Below, one piece after another: positions 13,290 to 23,719 of a stretch of DNA of 64,000 nt. How positions within the stretch are numbered: position 1 is the first letter of the stretch; every line of letters begins with the position of its first letter. Below the pieces are notes generated by a model. It saw only the letters and a list, made by a program, of their open reading frames with translations. It did no database searches and was not told where the DNA came from. A program made the position numbers and the translations under genes. The stretch comes from Sphagnum compactum (lineage: Eukaryota): NCBI GenBank assembly GCA_965153455.1, contig OZ234493.1, positions 18,342,213 through 18,406,212 of the forward strand, read 5' to 3'.

Positions 13290-14200
13290 GTTCCAAAATA
13301 ACGGCGTCCGCACAGTTTCACATAGCCAAACAAAACGGCCGTTCTCAAAGGCCGCCTGTTCGCCCGGTTCCAGGCCGGTCGATTCTATTCCCTCCCACGC
13401 ACCGCACCATTTTGGCTACCTTGTCGCCTATGTCAATGCGCTTACACCCTTGCTGCCTCTCGGAAGCTTTGCTTGCAACGGCAGCGATGGCGTCCCTTGG
13501 TCTACACCTCCTCTTGGTTGCTTCTCCTTCATCTTCTATAGGAACCCAATAGCCCGTTACTGTCGCCTCTTGTTCCGCTGTCTCGTGTGCTTGGCTACCA
13601 AAGAGTGTGCTATGTCCACTATTGCGTTCTTGCACCTCGGCTTGTGCCTTTGTTTTGGTCGGTTCAAGGTTTCGACGGGTTCAGGGTTTGGTTTTAGGGT
13701 AGTTAATGCGAAGAAGAAGAAGAAAGGAAAAAAAAACAAAGAAGTCCCCCATCTCCTCCTCATCCGCGGATACGATCAATCTCTCTGTCGCACATTTGCA
13801 CCCCCAAATACACAGCCCACAAAAGCAAGCAAGAAAAGCGGGAGAACAAACGCAGTCGACAATTGCGCAAGAAACGCTCCGTTACAACGCTCTGAGAGCT
13901 TATTCGGTCATTGCTAACTATGGTCAGGTCAATGCATAACCTAACCACAATTATTACATCCATGCTTTCATCTTAGTAAAGATTTTGCCCTTGTTTTGTT
14001 TTTTCCCACTTCCATTTAATTTCTGAACCCCCAAAAACATAAGTGTAGGGTAAAGCCCATAGCCACCGGCTTTGCTGGAATAGGGGGGCTCTGTAAGGGG
14101 AAGCTGAGCACAGGCCCAATTTCAGTAAAGGCTGTAGCCAAGGGCTTTACATCAGCCTTTTTTTTTTGGCCGAACTGGTTTAGGGTTTAGGGCCACACAC
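13290..14200. promoter_or_regulatory. CpG-rich promoter/5'-UTR-like island
   Basis: Sharp rise in CpG content. Telo-box-like AAACCCT on - (about 13683-13700 and 14180-14191), a (GAA)n tract at about 13710-13725 and site-II-like GGCCCA/AGCCCA motifs. No recognisable CDS. Confidence 0.4.
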
Positions 14201-14800
14201 TGTCGTTGGATGAGGATTAGAGTGCCAGTTTTCATCCAGTCAGACAGGAGTTTTCGCCAGATTTCTAGACGTCCTCGCTATATTTAGCTACTGTCCGTAG
14301 CTACTGTCCGTCCGGAGTCAGGGGAAGCTACTTTCTTCCTTTACAATATATAATTTTTAAAACGCTGCAATTTTCAAATTTTATTTTTCTGACAAATGAT
14401 TTTTTTTGGGAAGGAGATTGAAGAATATTCTGGAATATTCTACTTTTGGAAATGGAATTCTCCAATTTATTAATTGTTGGGCAGACATGTGCTGAAGCCG
14501 CTCCTGAGTCGATATTTTTCCTACAGAGGTGTAAATTGGGATCTATCTTGCAATAGCTTTATGCTAACCTGGGTGCTGGTTCACTCTGGCCCTATTCTAA
14601 CCTCTCGTACATCTGTGAGTTTGGTGTCTCCATCCAGCACATGGTAGAATCAGGAAAGTAATTAGCTCACTGTTACTGCCACATCGTAATTCAACTGGCA
14701 CTGGTTTGAAGCTTTGCTTACCGATTTTGGCCCATCGATGTCCATTTATCACATTTAAGCTGGCCCATTGACCTATAACATTAATGCTGCACCAATGTAT

Positions 14801-14852
14801 CAACTCTGACGCTCGGACCAACATGCACCAACTCTGACGCTCGGACCAACAT
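14801..14852. repeat. Short direct tandem duplication (28-bp period)
   Basis: caactctgacgctcggaccaacat occurs at 14801 and 14829. Confidence 0.9.
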
Positions 14853-15421
14853 CGCAGCTTTGATACCTGATAGTGTCTATTATGTAACTTGTAATTTATT
14901 TAGTAAATAAGTTTGTAGACGTTATTGTTTTGTCTCTGCATAGCTAGCTAGTTGCTATTGTGGCTACACAGCTAGCCTAATCCTTAAAATAGCATAGTTG
15001 GGTAAGTATTTCTGGAAGGTGGAGTCGACTTGGTGATTTCTGTTTTTGAAAAGGGTGACTAGGATCGCTGATTATTATTTGCACATGTCTGCAGAGTGAC
15101 TGCAGTGGTAATAAGTGTGATTGAACACATCGACAACATGTCTGTTGTTAAGCGGAGTGTATTTGGCTATGGGGTTATCACGAAGAGAAGGCAAATTTTG
15201 GTGATTGGGTTACTTGCAAAGGGAATGCATTTGACTTCACAGAATCACCAATCAGAGGTTAACATGCTTCAAATTTTGTAGAAGGCTAAATTTTAATTGA
15301 GGTTGCCCATTTTCTTCATTGCTTTAGTGGTAAGAAGTTTTATCCAAGAAATCTTCAATAGAGTTTTGTAGACGAAATATCCTGGTGCTACAAACTTTGC
15401 ATGCCATTAGAATTTAGCATA

Positions 15422-17235
15422 CACTACAAGAGTCACTTGAGTCAAGACTGGTCCACGTTGCTCAATGCGTATGCTTAATTCTAATGTGACACTTGCCAAT
15501 TGTGACTTTCCAGCCACCAGAAGAATTTAAGATACATTACAAGACTAGTCCCCAATAGATTATGGGGCATGATTAACTAGGGCTGGCCCATCGATATGTG
15601 GTGCAAGAGAATCTAAATGGCATAAGCCAACATGAAGTAGATGAAAAAAAAGGTTGGAATGGGCAACCTACATAATTCAACCAATATTTTGTAAATTGAG
15701 CAAGAAAATTTGGGCTTAAGCTTTTGAAAAATATTTCAAAAATTGGTGGAGAGCTTTCTAATTTTTGCATTTCCCAGCTCCAAGAACTACAACACACAAC
15801 CATCAAAGTGCTTGATACGACAAAAAAACGTAGTCCAATATAATTCACATTTAACTTTTTTGTTTCACCTTAACCTTCAAAAAAAGGTATTTATGTCTTT
15901 GATTTCTTTCATATCTTGCACAATTTGGTTAATAGTCTTGTTAACTAGAATAGGCTTCCAACTCCATCTACAATCTGCATATGGGCAAAGAGCACTTGCC
16001 ATTGAATCCCACTCACAAGTTTAGCAAAGAGGAAAACCAAAATGACATACATCTAGTTTAAATTCATGAGGCTAATGACTAAAGTTTTAGAAATTTTCAA
16101 ATTTTGGTCACAAGGTGCCAAGAAGCTCATAGGAGTTGGAAGTTGGAACTATGTAAACCACATTTGCAAATTCACATGTTCACTTGTGAATTGGAGACAC
16201 CAAAAGGGCAATTGGAAAGTCAACTGACCCAAATGTAATTTATTTTCAAATGTTCAAGCATGTGATAGTTCTTGAACCTTGACCATTTTGAAGAGAATGG
16301 TGATAATGTTGGATGTTGCATTTAGCCTAGATCATATAGTTGTTTAAAGTCCACATACACATCATCAAGCTTTTCATTAAGTGTGTGTTTGAGAATGTTC
16401 AAAACCAATAGCAGATGTGAATAATCACATAACTAACATCAAAATTAAAACAGTCGTAAATCGATCATGTTTTACTTTTGACAGTGTTAGGGATTTTCAT
16501 TCTTACCATGTTCAATATTATTTAATAGCTTAAGCTTATGATGTTCCTCATGAAAATGAATTAAGTTCAACATTATGGTAAAGAATATAATCTCAATTTT
16601 GAAAATATTGTCTTAGTTGACAAATTAGAAATCACTATAATTGGCTTGTGAATCACACACTTCCCTCAAAACTCAATTTTCTTTTGAATGTCACACCTTT
16701 CAACTTCATCTAAGAAGATAATTTTGTGGTGTCTTAGTGGTAATGTGACTTTCTTCTACACAAATTGTTGCACCTAACATTTATACTTCTACATGACAAA
16801 TTGTCAACCTCCCCCATCTACCCACTTCAATTTTAGTATCCTTGACATACACAGTTAACATTAACATCTACATTAACGTCGAAATATCTCAAGGGAAAAG
16901 TTTAATTGATATGCATAAATTGAACAATTTAAAAACATATCATTGAAAGCATTAAATTTAAACATTTTAATTGGAATTTAGGGCCTAACAACTCATGTGT
17001 GAAAGCTAGTATGCTCCAAGGTTATTAATGTCAACCTTGTCATGTCACATTAGTCACATCTGTTTAGATGCCGATGCAACCATATGTCACGTCAGTTTAA
17101 AGTCAACCTAAGGTCAAGCTAGATTGAGTATAATAATGTTTTTATCAAGAGTAAAATAGTTACCCTTGTGGACATATTACATGCGGACTATGTTAAAAAG
17201 TTACCATGCCAAGCCAACACATGCATTCTTAGTTC
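15422..17235. mobile_element. Possible CACTA-derived relic
   Basis: CACTACAAGA at 15422 matches the canonical CACTA TIR start. The right end is only weakly recognisable and the interior is degenerate. Confidence 0.3.
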
Positions 17236-17247
17236 AAGAATTATAAA

Positions 17248-17288
17248 CTAGTTGGTCCCTTCTGGGACCTGGAGTGGAGGTAGGCCTA
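17248..17288 (-). mobile_element. Helitron-type 3' end (hairpin then CTAG|T); related copy at 33887-33928
   Basis: The - strand reads ccactccaggtcccagaagggaccaactag|t. The same tgggacctggagtgga core is next to ctag at 33887-33917. Confidence 0.5.
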
Positions 17289-17631
17289 ACGCCGTCTTTT
17301 ATAGACTACGTCCGTCTCTCTCTCTCTCAAGTAGAGCAGTACTGCTCCTGCAGCACTAACCTTTAGGTTGTCAACTTGGGTCACTAGAGAGAGTCAACAC
17401 AGACAGATGGGATGATGATGTTACACTCTTGCTCTGCAATATTACCTAGTTCATTACCTATTAAGAAGAGGTGAGGACTTCGAAAATTTCACATAGCCTG
17501 TTGTTTCCAGCAACTACAAACACACTGAATGATTGCTAGTCACAGTATGAGACTTGGAGAAAAGAACAGTACTAATTTGGAACAGTTGGACTATTTACAG
17601 GATCTTAACAGACTGTTGTTCTCTAACGTTG

Positions 17632-18206
17632 TAGACAAAGCTGCCCAGAAAACTGAATACTACATGGGGGGGGGATAAACAAGCCAGCAGCAGCTGCAAA
17701 ATCACTGGCATATGTAAGTCTTCTTCAGCACCTGGACGCTTTCTGCAGCTGATGTCCGCAGACATGTCTCTGATGGATTCAATGATACAAATGAGATCGG
17801 AGGGGATTTTCACAAGAGCCCTATGAATTATATGGTCCATCAAGCTTGGACTTCTTGTGCAACTCTACCCTTTTTTTTTCCCCAAAATAAATATTGCTGC
17901 TAGTGAGAACCAGGATGTAGGTTGCAATAGCCTGTCAGTGTGTCTTTTATTAGTACCCAACATATTTATTAAAAAACAATTTCCCGATAACAGGGCAATT
18001 CTAGCCTCCATGCCTTGATTTTATTTATTAAAAAACTGTGGACTCTGAGAAACTTTTTCAAATTCCCATCTAGCAATTAAGTAGTTTCAATGATATTCAA
18101 TCAGCCAACAAGGGCACAGTGACTTGAGAGCCTTCGGGTGAAACCAAGCTAGTCCATTTAATTATTTCTAAACATTACAAATATCCCATGCTTAGACTAA
18201 ATCAGG
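17632..18206 (+). repeat. About 575-bp direct segmental duplication, copy 1
   Basis: Colinear and highly similar to 23027-23614, from aagctgcccagaaaactgaatactac to agactaaatcagg. Confidence 0.92.
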
Positions 18207-18860
18207 ATTTATTGCAAACTTTAGACTCCGTACACTGATTACTCACCAACATAGTTGTCAGATTACTTTGCATTTTGCGCTCAAACCCAACCTTTTTACA
18301 GGCTCATGGTTGCAGTCAGTTTTTTCCAACAAATTTTTACATTTTTTCTGAATAAAAGTTGGGAAATTTTTGGAAATCTTCGGTTTTCTCCTGTAAATTT
18401 GAATCATTTTCTGGTTTTTGGAAAATTTCACCAAATTTCTGGTTATGACAAAATTAAAAATTCAAACTCTGTTCATGATTGCCATGACTTTTGTTCAACA
18501 AACTTTGAGGATTTTTTGGTAGAAAACTTGGGAATGTTTTAGGAAATATGGGTTTTCTAGTGTGAATGACGTATTTTCTAGTTGTTTGGAAAATTTGCAA
18601 ACTTTTCAATATCACAAAATTGAAAAAAGAAGCTGTGCTCACCAATCCAGCTTTCCTGGACAGGTAATAACTAATAATTTTGCAAGCTCTAATTCCACGT
18701 GTGGTGCATGAAAAGCATTGTCTAAAGCAAGCTGCCAAGAGAATGCATCTCATTGTACTAACTCATATTACTCCAGCACGCAGTTGTTGGTCGGTACAAA
18801 TGAAAATGCAGTAAAATATAACTGAATACATCTTTTAAGCCACATATTAGTATTATTTCC

Positions 18861-19262
18861 AAAGTAACCGTGTCTTCACCCTGTCTTTGGGCCTCCTTTC
18901 ATCCCTATTCCCTCTTTCAGTGGTATCTGCAAAGTAAGGACATTTTATTAAATCTCAACATGAAATGCTGCAACTCAGTACAAAATGCTGAAACTCAGCA
19001 ATAATGCACAAGCTTCAAGAGTAATTATAATAGTTTTACATATAAGACCAGTGAAAATATATGTAGCAGCACTGGAGGAGCTCAGGAAAAAGGAAAGACA
19101 GGATGAAACTCAGTTTACCACCAAAATTGATGGTTTTCTGAGTTTCACCCCCCCTTGATTGCCAATGTACTTTTCTGCAGGTTATTTTTTAATCTCACCC
19201 TGTGTATGACTAAACTCAGGGTTCTTGTGATGTGTTTGTCTTACTTTATGCATAACTCTATT
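18861..19262 (-). repeat. About 400-bp dispersed repeat, copy A (inverted relative to B and C)
   Basis: Reverse complement of 20235-20575 and 29893-30318, e.g. gcaaagtaaggacattttattaaatctca vs tgagatttaataaaatgtccttactttgc. Confidence 0.88.
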
Positions 19263-19999
19263 GCTTTTTGGACAATATTCAAACCTTCTACAAACCTTGA
19301 GGGATTTCTAAAATCTTGTATCTACTGTTTTTTTAAAGAATTTATGTTTGTAGCCAAAATGTTGATTGTCAATAGGAACATGTAGAAAAAGTGGCAATCA
19401 CCTCAAATATGGCTATAAACCAGATACTAAATAGAAAATTTAATCATCCTTCTACATCTTTGGCTACACACACCTTTCTACAGAAATTTGGCAATTTTTT
19501 TCCCCCCCCTCACTTCTCCTGACTGAAAATCTTCAAAAATCACATCATTTTTTAGTTTTCAATTTTTTATTTCGCATTTTCATGAAATTTCACAAATGAA
19601 AAAAAGTCTGCTTCTATCCTATGTACTAATGAGTTCTGATACAGTTGTCAAACAATTTTAGTGGAATATATTCCAAATTAATTAAACTGCGAGTGCACAA
19701 AAAAAAGGTTAGGTGTGAAATGTACATAAGGTGAATGTGAATGAAGCTCCCTCAAGCCCCATTATTAGGCATGTCCGCAACCTAAGGTGTCAACATGACT
19801 AGGACATTAGGGCTGGGCTGTAGCCCATGTCTTACAATTCAAAGACCATTACGAGAGTTTTACAAAATATTCATTTGGGCACACACGAACATTTCAAGCA
19901 GGTATGGCAATAATACAGGCAGTTCATTCCAGATGTGAGTAGCGAGAATAAATTTTTGGCAACCCGTGAACCTGCCCATCGAGCTTATAGCCCATCACG

Positions 20000-20235
20000 C
20001 TTAGTCTACACTGATGATATCAGCTGTACGCTGACTCTTTCGAGTCGGCTCATAAATAGTAACCCGTCCATCGATGAGCATCATCGGTAAGAGTATCGGG
20101 AGATGCTCAATAGCGTGAGCGAGCTCTTTCCGGATCCAACCTCTTTCTGCTTGGTTCTATGCAAAACGATTGTGTGCAGTTCATTTTGTACCTTGCCTTC
20201 AAGACGAACGTCAGACCTTGAAGGATGTCAGAAAT
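20000..20235 (-). pseudogene. Possible degenerate ABCC/MRP-type transporter NBD2 fragment
   Basis: Across - strand frames, in the expected order: DILQGLTFVLK, then KQKEVGSGKSSLTL (Walker A), then MLIDG. Frameshifts and deletions are required. Confidence 0.35.
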
Positions 20236-20575
20236 TACAGATATCCGTAAAGTCAGGAAAAGACAGCACATGTACCCTGAGTTTGGTCATACATGAGGTG
20301 AGATTCCAAAAAAACCTGTAAAAAAGGACATTAGCATTCAATGGGGTTGAAACTGAGAAAACCATCAAAGAAAATCAGTCCTGAGCGCCTCCACTGCCGC
20401 TACATAAATTTTCACTGCTCCTAGCTGTACAACTACTGTAACTCCTCTAAAACCTCGTGCATTAAATGCTGAGTTTCAAGATTTCATACTGAGATTTAAT
20501 AAAATTTCCTTACTTTGCGAATACCACTAAAAGAGGGGTTAGGGGGTGAAAGGAGGCCCAAAGAGAGGGTGACTT
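20235..20575 (+). repeat. Dispersed repeat, copy B (internally deleted)
   Basis: Shares accctgagtttggtcatac...ctgagcgcctccactgc...ggcccaaaga with copy C. Confidence 0.88.
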
Positions 20576-22222
20576 TAAGCATAACTCAATTGTACTTGCA
20601 GGAACTCATTAATAACTTATTTTGTGTCAGCTTATTTACCGTAATGTTCAGGCCGTAATGTACCTGATCACCGGTTCAGTATTGTTTTGTAAATTTCCTG
20701 ATCGAGCCACATTGGCGAACATCCCTAGGCAGATTTCGACTCTAAGTGGTGACAAGAATCCAAAGAATCCTTTAATATTGTAGCCGTTACATTGAATGTG
20801 GCGATACCCTCCCCAAAAGAACTGTTTTCTGTTGCAATTTTGTGAATTATCTTTCAAAAAGGAAATTCGTGACCGAATACCCCCTTTTCAAAAACCTGTA
20901 TCGCCTTTTGGCGATTTTTCCTGGAAAAACAAAGTACTGTCTAACTTGGTGTCCGTGATTTATTTGGGCGAAAATTTACCCTGATTTAAGGTGATACAAA
21001 ACAAAAATTATTATTTTGCCAAAAAAATCTTTTTTTAATGAAAACTCATCAAATTTTGAGGGATTCTATTTTTAGGAGCCTGTCATCGCATTTACGTCTA
21101 CAAACCTTTCTGCTAATGGGAACTCTGTAATGAGACGTTGGTGACCTTTTTTCATTGCTGAAATTTTCCCATAAAGAGAAATTCAGTTTTTTTTAATGAC
21201 CTGATTTTGTAGGTTTTTAATTGTCAGAAGTGAGGGAGATAATAATAAAAGTTGGCACATCCTATATTTGGTTTGAAGTGTGTAGCCAATAATATAGAAG
21301 GATGATTAAAAATTTACATTTCATATCTGGTTTATATCAATGTTTGGCTAAATCTTCGTAAGGATGATTGGCACTTTGGCTACAAACAAAACTTCTATAA
21401 AACAACATGGCTTTGAAGTATGGCTGCAACACAAAATCGAAGAAAAAATAAGTTTGCTTGGTGTATGAGTAATGACTTGACAAAGTCCTGGTAGACTGCT
21501 TTTTCGGGCAGCTGGTCAGAGCTGTAATGTATGCTGCAATAAAAGGGTGATCAGCACTGATTTTGCTTGTGAACACTATTGCCTGTTCAGAAGGCTTCTG
21601 CCCAATACTAGGCCTGAGGGGCCCCAATTCTTAATAATTTTATAGAATGTGCTGATTAGTTTGATAAAGTGAAAATTTTTAAAACTTGAGAAGTGCATCT
21701 TTTACCGCACATCTTTCTGTTGTCACACACACACATCATAACTAGTAGGTGTACCCCAAGGTACTCTGTTTCACCTTATTCTCACCTTTCTATTGGTGAG
21801 AGTAATGGTGAGTCAGCGTTTTTCTGTTCAAGCAATGAGTGATTATGCCAAAATTTGCAATCATCCAGCAAAGCATTAAGCCCAAATTTTTGTATACACC
21901 AGAATTGAAAGTAAAGAAAGTTATACATCCTTGGCTACCTAGTGCAGGCGACTATAAAAAGTCTGACAAGTTGGAATTTTTTTCCTCCAAATTTAGCAAA
22001 TGTTGGCCATTTCTTTCATGCAAAATCACCTGCTTGGGCTCCAGGCTGCTTCACTCTATCAGTGACGATGAATTGTTTTTAACAAAAGGATATACATGTC
22101 ATATTAATTCATATTTTGGGAAGGGAAAGATGTCTAGGGTTTAAGGTGTAGGGTTAAATTGTAGCTTAGTATAGTACGATAAATTGGATTGATGTAGGTT
22201 TTGCTAATGACTTTGTTTGCAC

Positions 22223-22315
22223 CTTGAGAAACTGCTGCATGAGAGCTGAGAATTTGCAATGGGGACATTGGCTCCAATTTCCAAGAACCATATGTTGACC
22301 TGTTGCAATGCAAAA
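22223..22315 (-). pseudogene. IFT144: IFT144/WDR19 orphan exon (C-terminal zinc-ribbon region), second of two
   Basis: tgcag|TTTTGC...CTCAAG|gtgc, 93 bp, encodes FCIATGQHMVLGNWSQCPHCKFSALMQQFLK. This matches the WDR19 motif YCIATGRHM...W..CPHC.F.AL and is in phase with the preceding exon. Confidence 0.88.
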
Positions 22316-22788
22316 CTGCAAACCTCAACCCACATTACAACCACATAAAATCACAGATGGGTGAAGATGGGTGCTGAGCAAATAAGTCATCACAAGTGTG
22401 AGAGAAACCCAGGACCTTCAAAAGGGCAAGTTGATGTCCCTCATAGTTTGAATTGGGTTGTTGAATTGAAGTAGGGTTTTGTGATCTAGTATCATGAGTT
22501 CAATAGACATGCTACATGATATTCAAAAGTTTGGTGAAAGTTTGCCATTAACTTAGGCTTCAGAATTTAAGTATCTATGATTGTATTCTCATGAAAGCAT
22601 TAGCAAGCAATCTTAGTATTTTTTATCAATTTTAATAATTTGAGATGTTGGTATTAAAAAAGTTTGCAACTTTGCACTTGAAAATTAACATCAATTGGGA
22701 GTAAGATCAGCTGCACATCAAGTACTGGAAGGAATGTGAAATGACAGAGGGAGAGTGATGGTTAGTTGGAAAGATTTGTTTTGTTTAC

Positions 22789-22945
22789 TGGGATGGTGCA
22801 ACGGCATGTAGGACAATCAAGCTGTGTTTCTGGCATCTCCAGAGAGCAAGTTGGGCATGGCACTAAAGACTCTTCTTCCTCTGTTTTCTCTGGCTTCCTC
22901 ACAATGTTCTCAATCTTGCGTTTATATGCCACAGATATTGCACTC
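22789..22945 (-). pseudogene. IFT144: IFT144/WDR19 orphan exon, first of two
   Basis: tacag|GAGTGCA...ATCCCA|gtaaac, 157 bp, encodes SAISVAYKRKIENIVRKPEKTEEEESLVPCPTCSLEMPETQLDCPTCRCTIP. This matches WDR19 YKKKIE..VRRP...EE...PCP.C......L.CP.C...IP. Confidence 0.88.
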
Positions 22946-23026
22946 CTGTACATAAGACCAAGGTGATTGGTTTCATCATCAATACCTCCCAAATCCAAAC
23001 CTATAATAATATGCAATAAATTGTAA

Positions 23027-23614
23027 TAGACCAAGCTGCCCAGAAAACTGAATACTACTTAGCCTACTACATGGGGGGGGGGGGGTTAACAAGCCAGCAG
23101 CAGCTACAAAAGCACTGGCATACATAAGTCTTCTTCAGCACCTGGACGCTTTCTGCAACTGATGTCCACAGACATGTCTTTGATGGATTCAATGATACAA
23201 ATGAGATCGGAGGGGATTTTCACAAGAGCCCTGTGAATTATATGGTCTTGGACTTCTTGTGCAACTCTAGCTCACCTTTTTTTTTTCCCCAAAATAAATA
23301 TTGCTGCTAGTGAGAACCGGCATGTAGGTTGCAATAGCCTGTCATTGTGCCCTTTATTAGTACCCCCAACATATTTATTTAAAAACAATTCCCCAATAAC
23401 AGGGCAACACTAGCCTCAATACCTTGATTATTTTTATTAAAAAATTGTGGACTCTGAGAACTTTTCAAATTCCCATCTAGCTATTAAGTAGTTTCAATGA
23501 TATTCCATCAGCCAACAAGGGCACAGTGACTTGAAAGCCTTTGGGTGAACCCAAGCTAGTCCATTTAAATTATTTCTAAACATTACAAATATCCCATGCT
23601 GAGACTAAATCAGG
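23027..23614 (+). repeat. Direct segmental duplication, copy 2
   Basis: See 17632-18206. Confidence 0.92.
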
Positions 23615-23719
23615 GTGTCTGAGTTCAGATTTAAAATTTTTTGGGCTTAAGATGGCCACTAAGAGGCCTCACTCAAAAAGGTCAAGGTACCAACATGGGT
23701 GCTGGTTCACCCTGGCCAA

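Noticed and set aside
14600..14775. Two exon-like segments on - separated by about 52 nt
   Set aside because: The intron is unusually short and the translation is not recognisable.
17595..17843. ALVKIPSDL as a further IFT144 exon
   Set aside because: Similarity is limited to KIPS. The following residues do not match, and the segment is part of a duplication also present on the other side of the real exons.
20060..20142. TIR/SARM-like motif GWIRKELAHAIEHLPILLPMMLIDG on the - strand
   Set aside because: Short, preceded by a stop and lacking other TIR motifs. The overlapping ABCC interpretation explains more of the motifs.
22742..22761. miR156-like sequence tgacagagggagagtgatgg
   Set aside because: Several mismatches and no complementary arm; it lies in the IFT144 intron.
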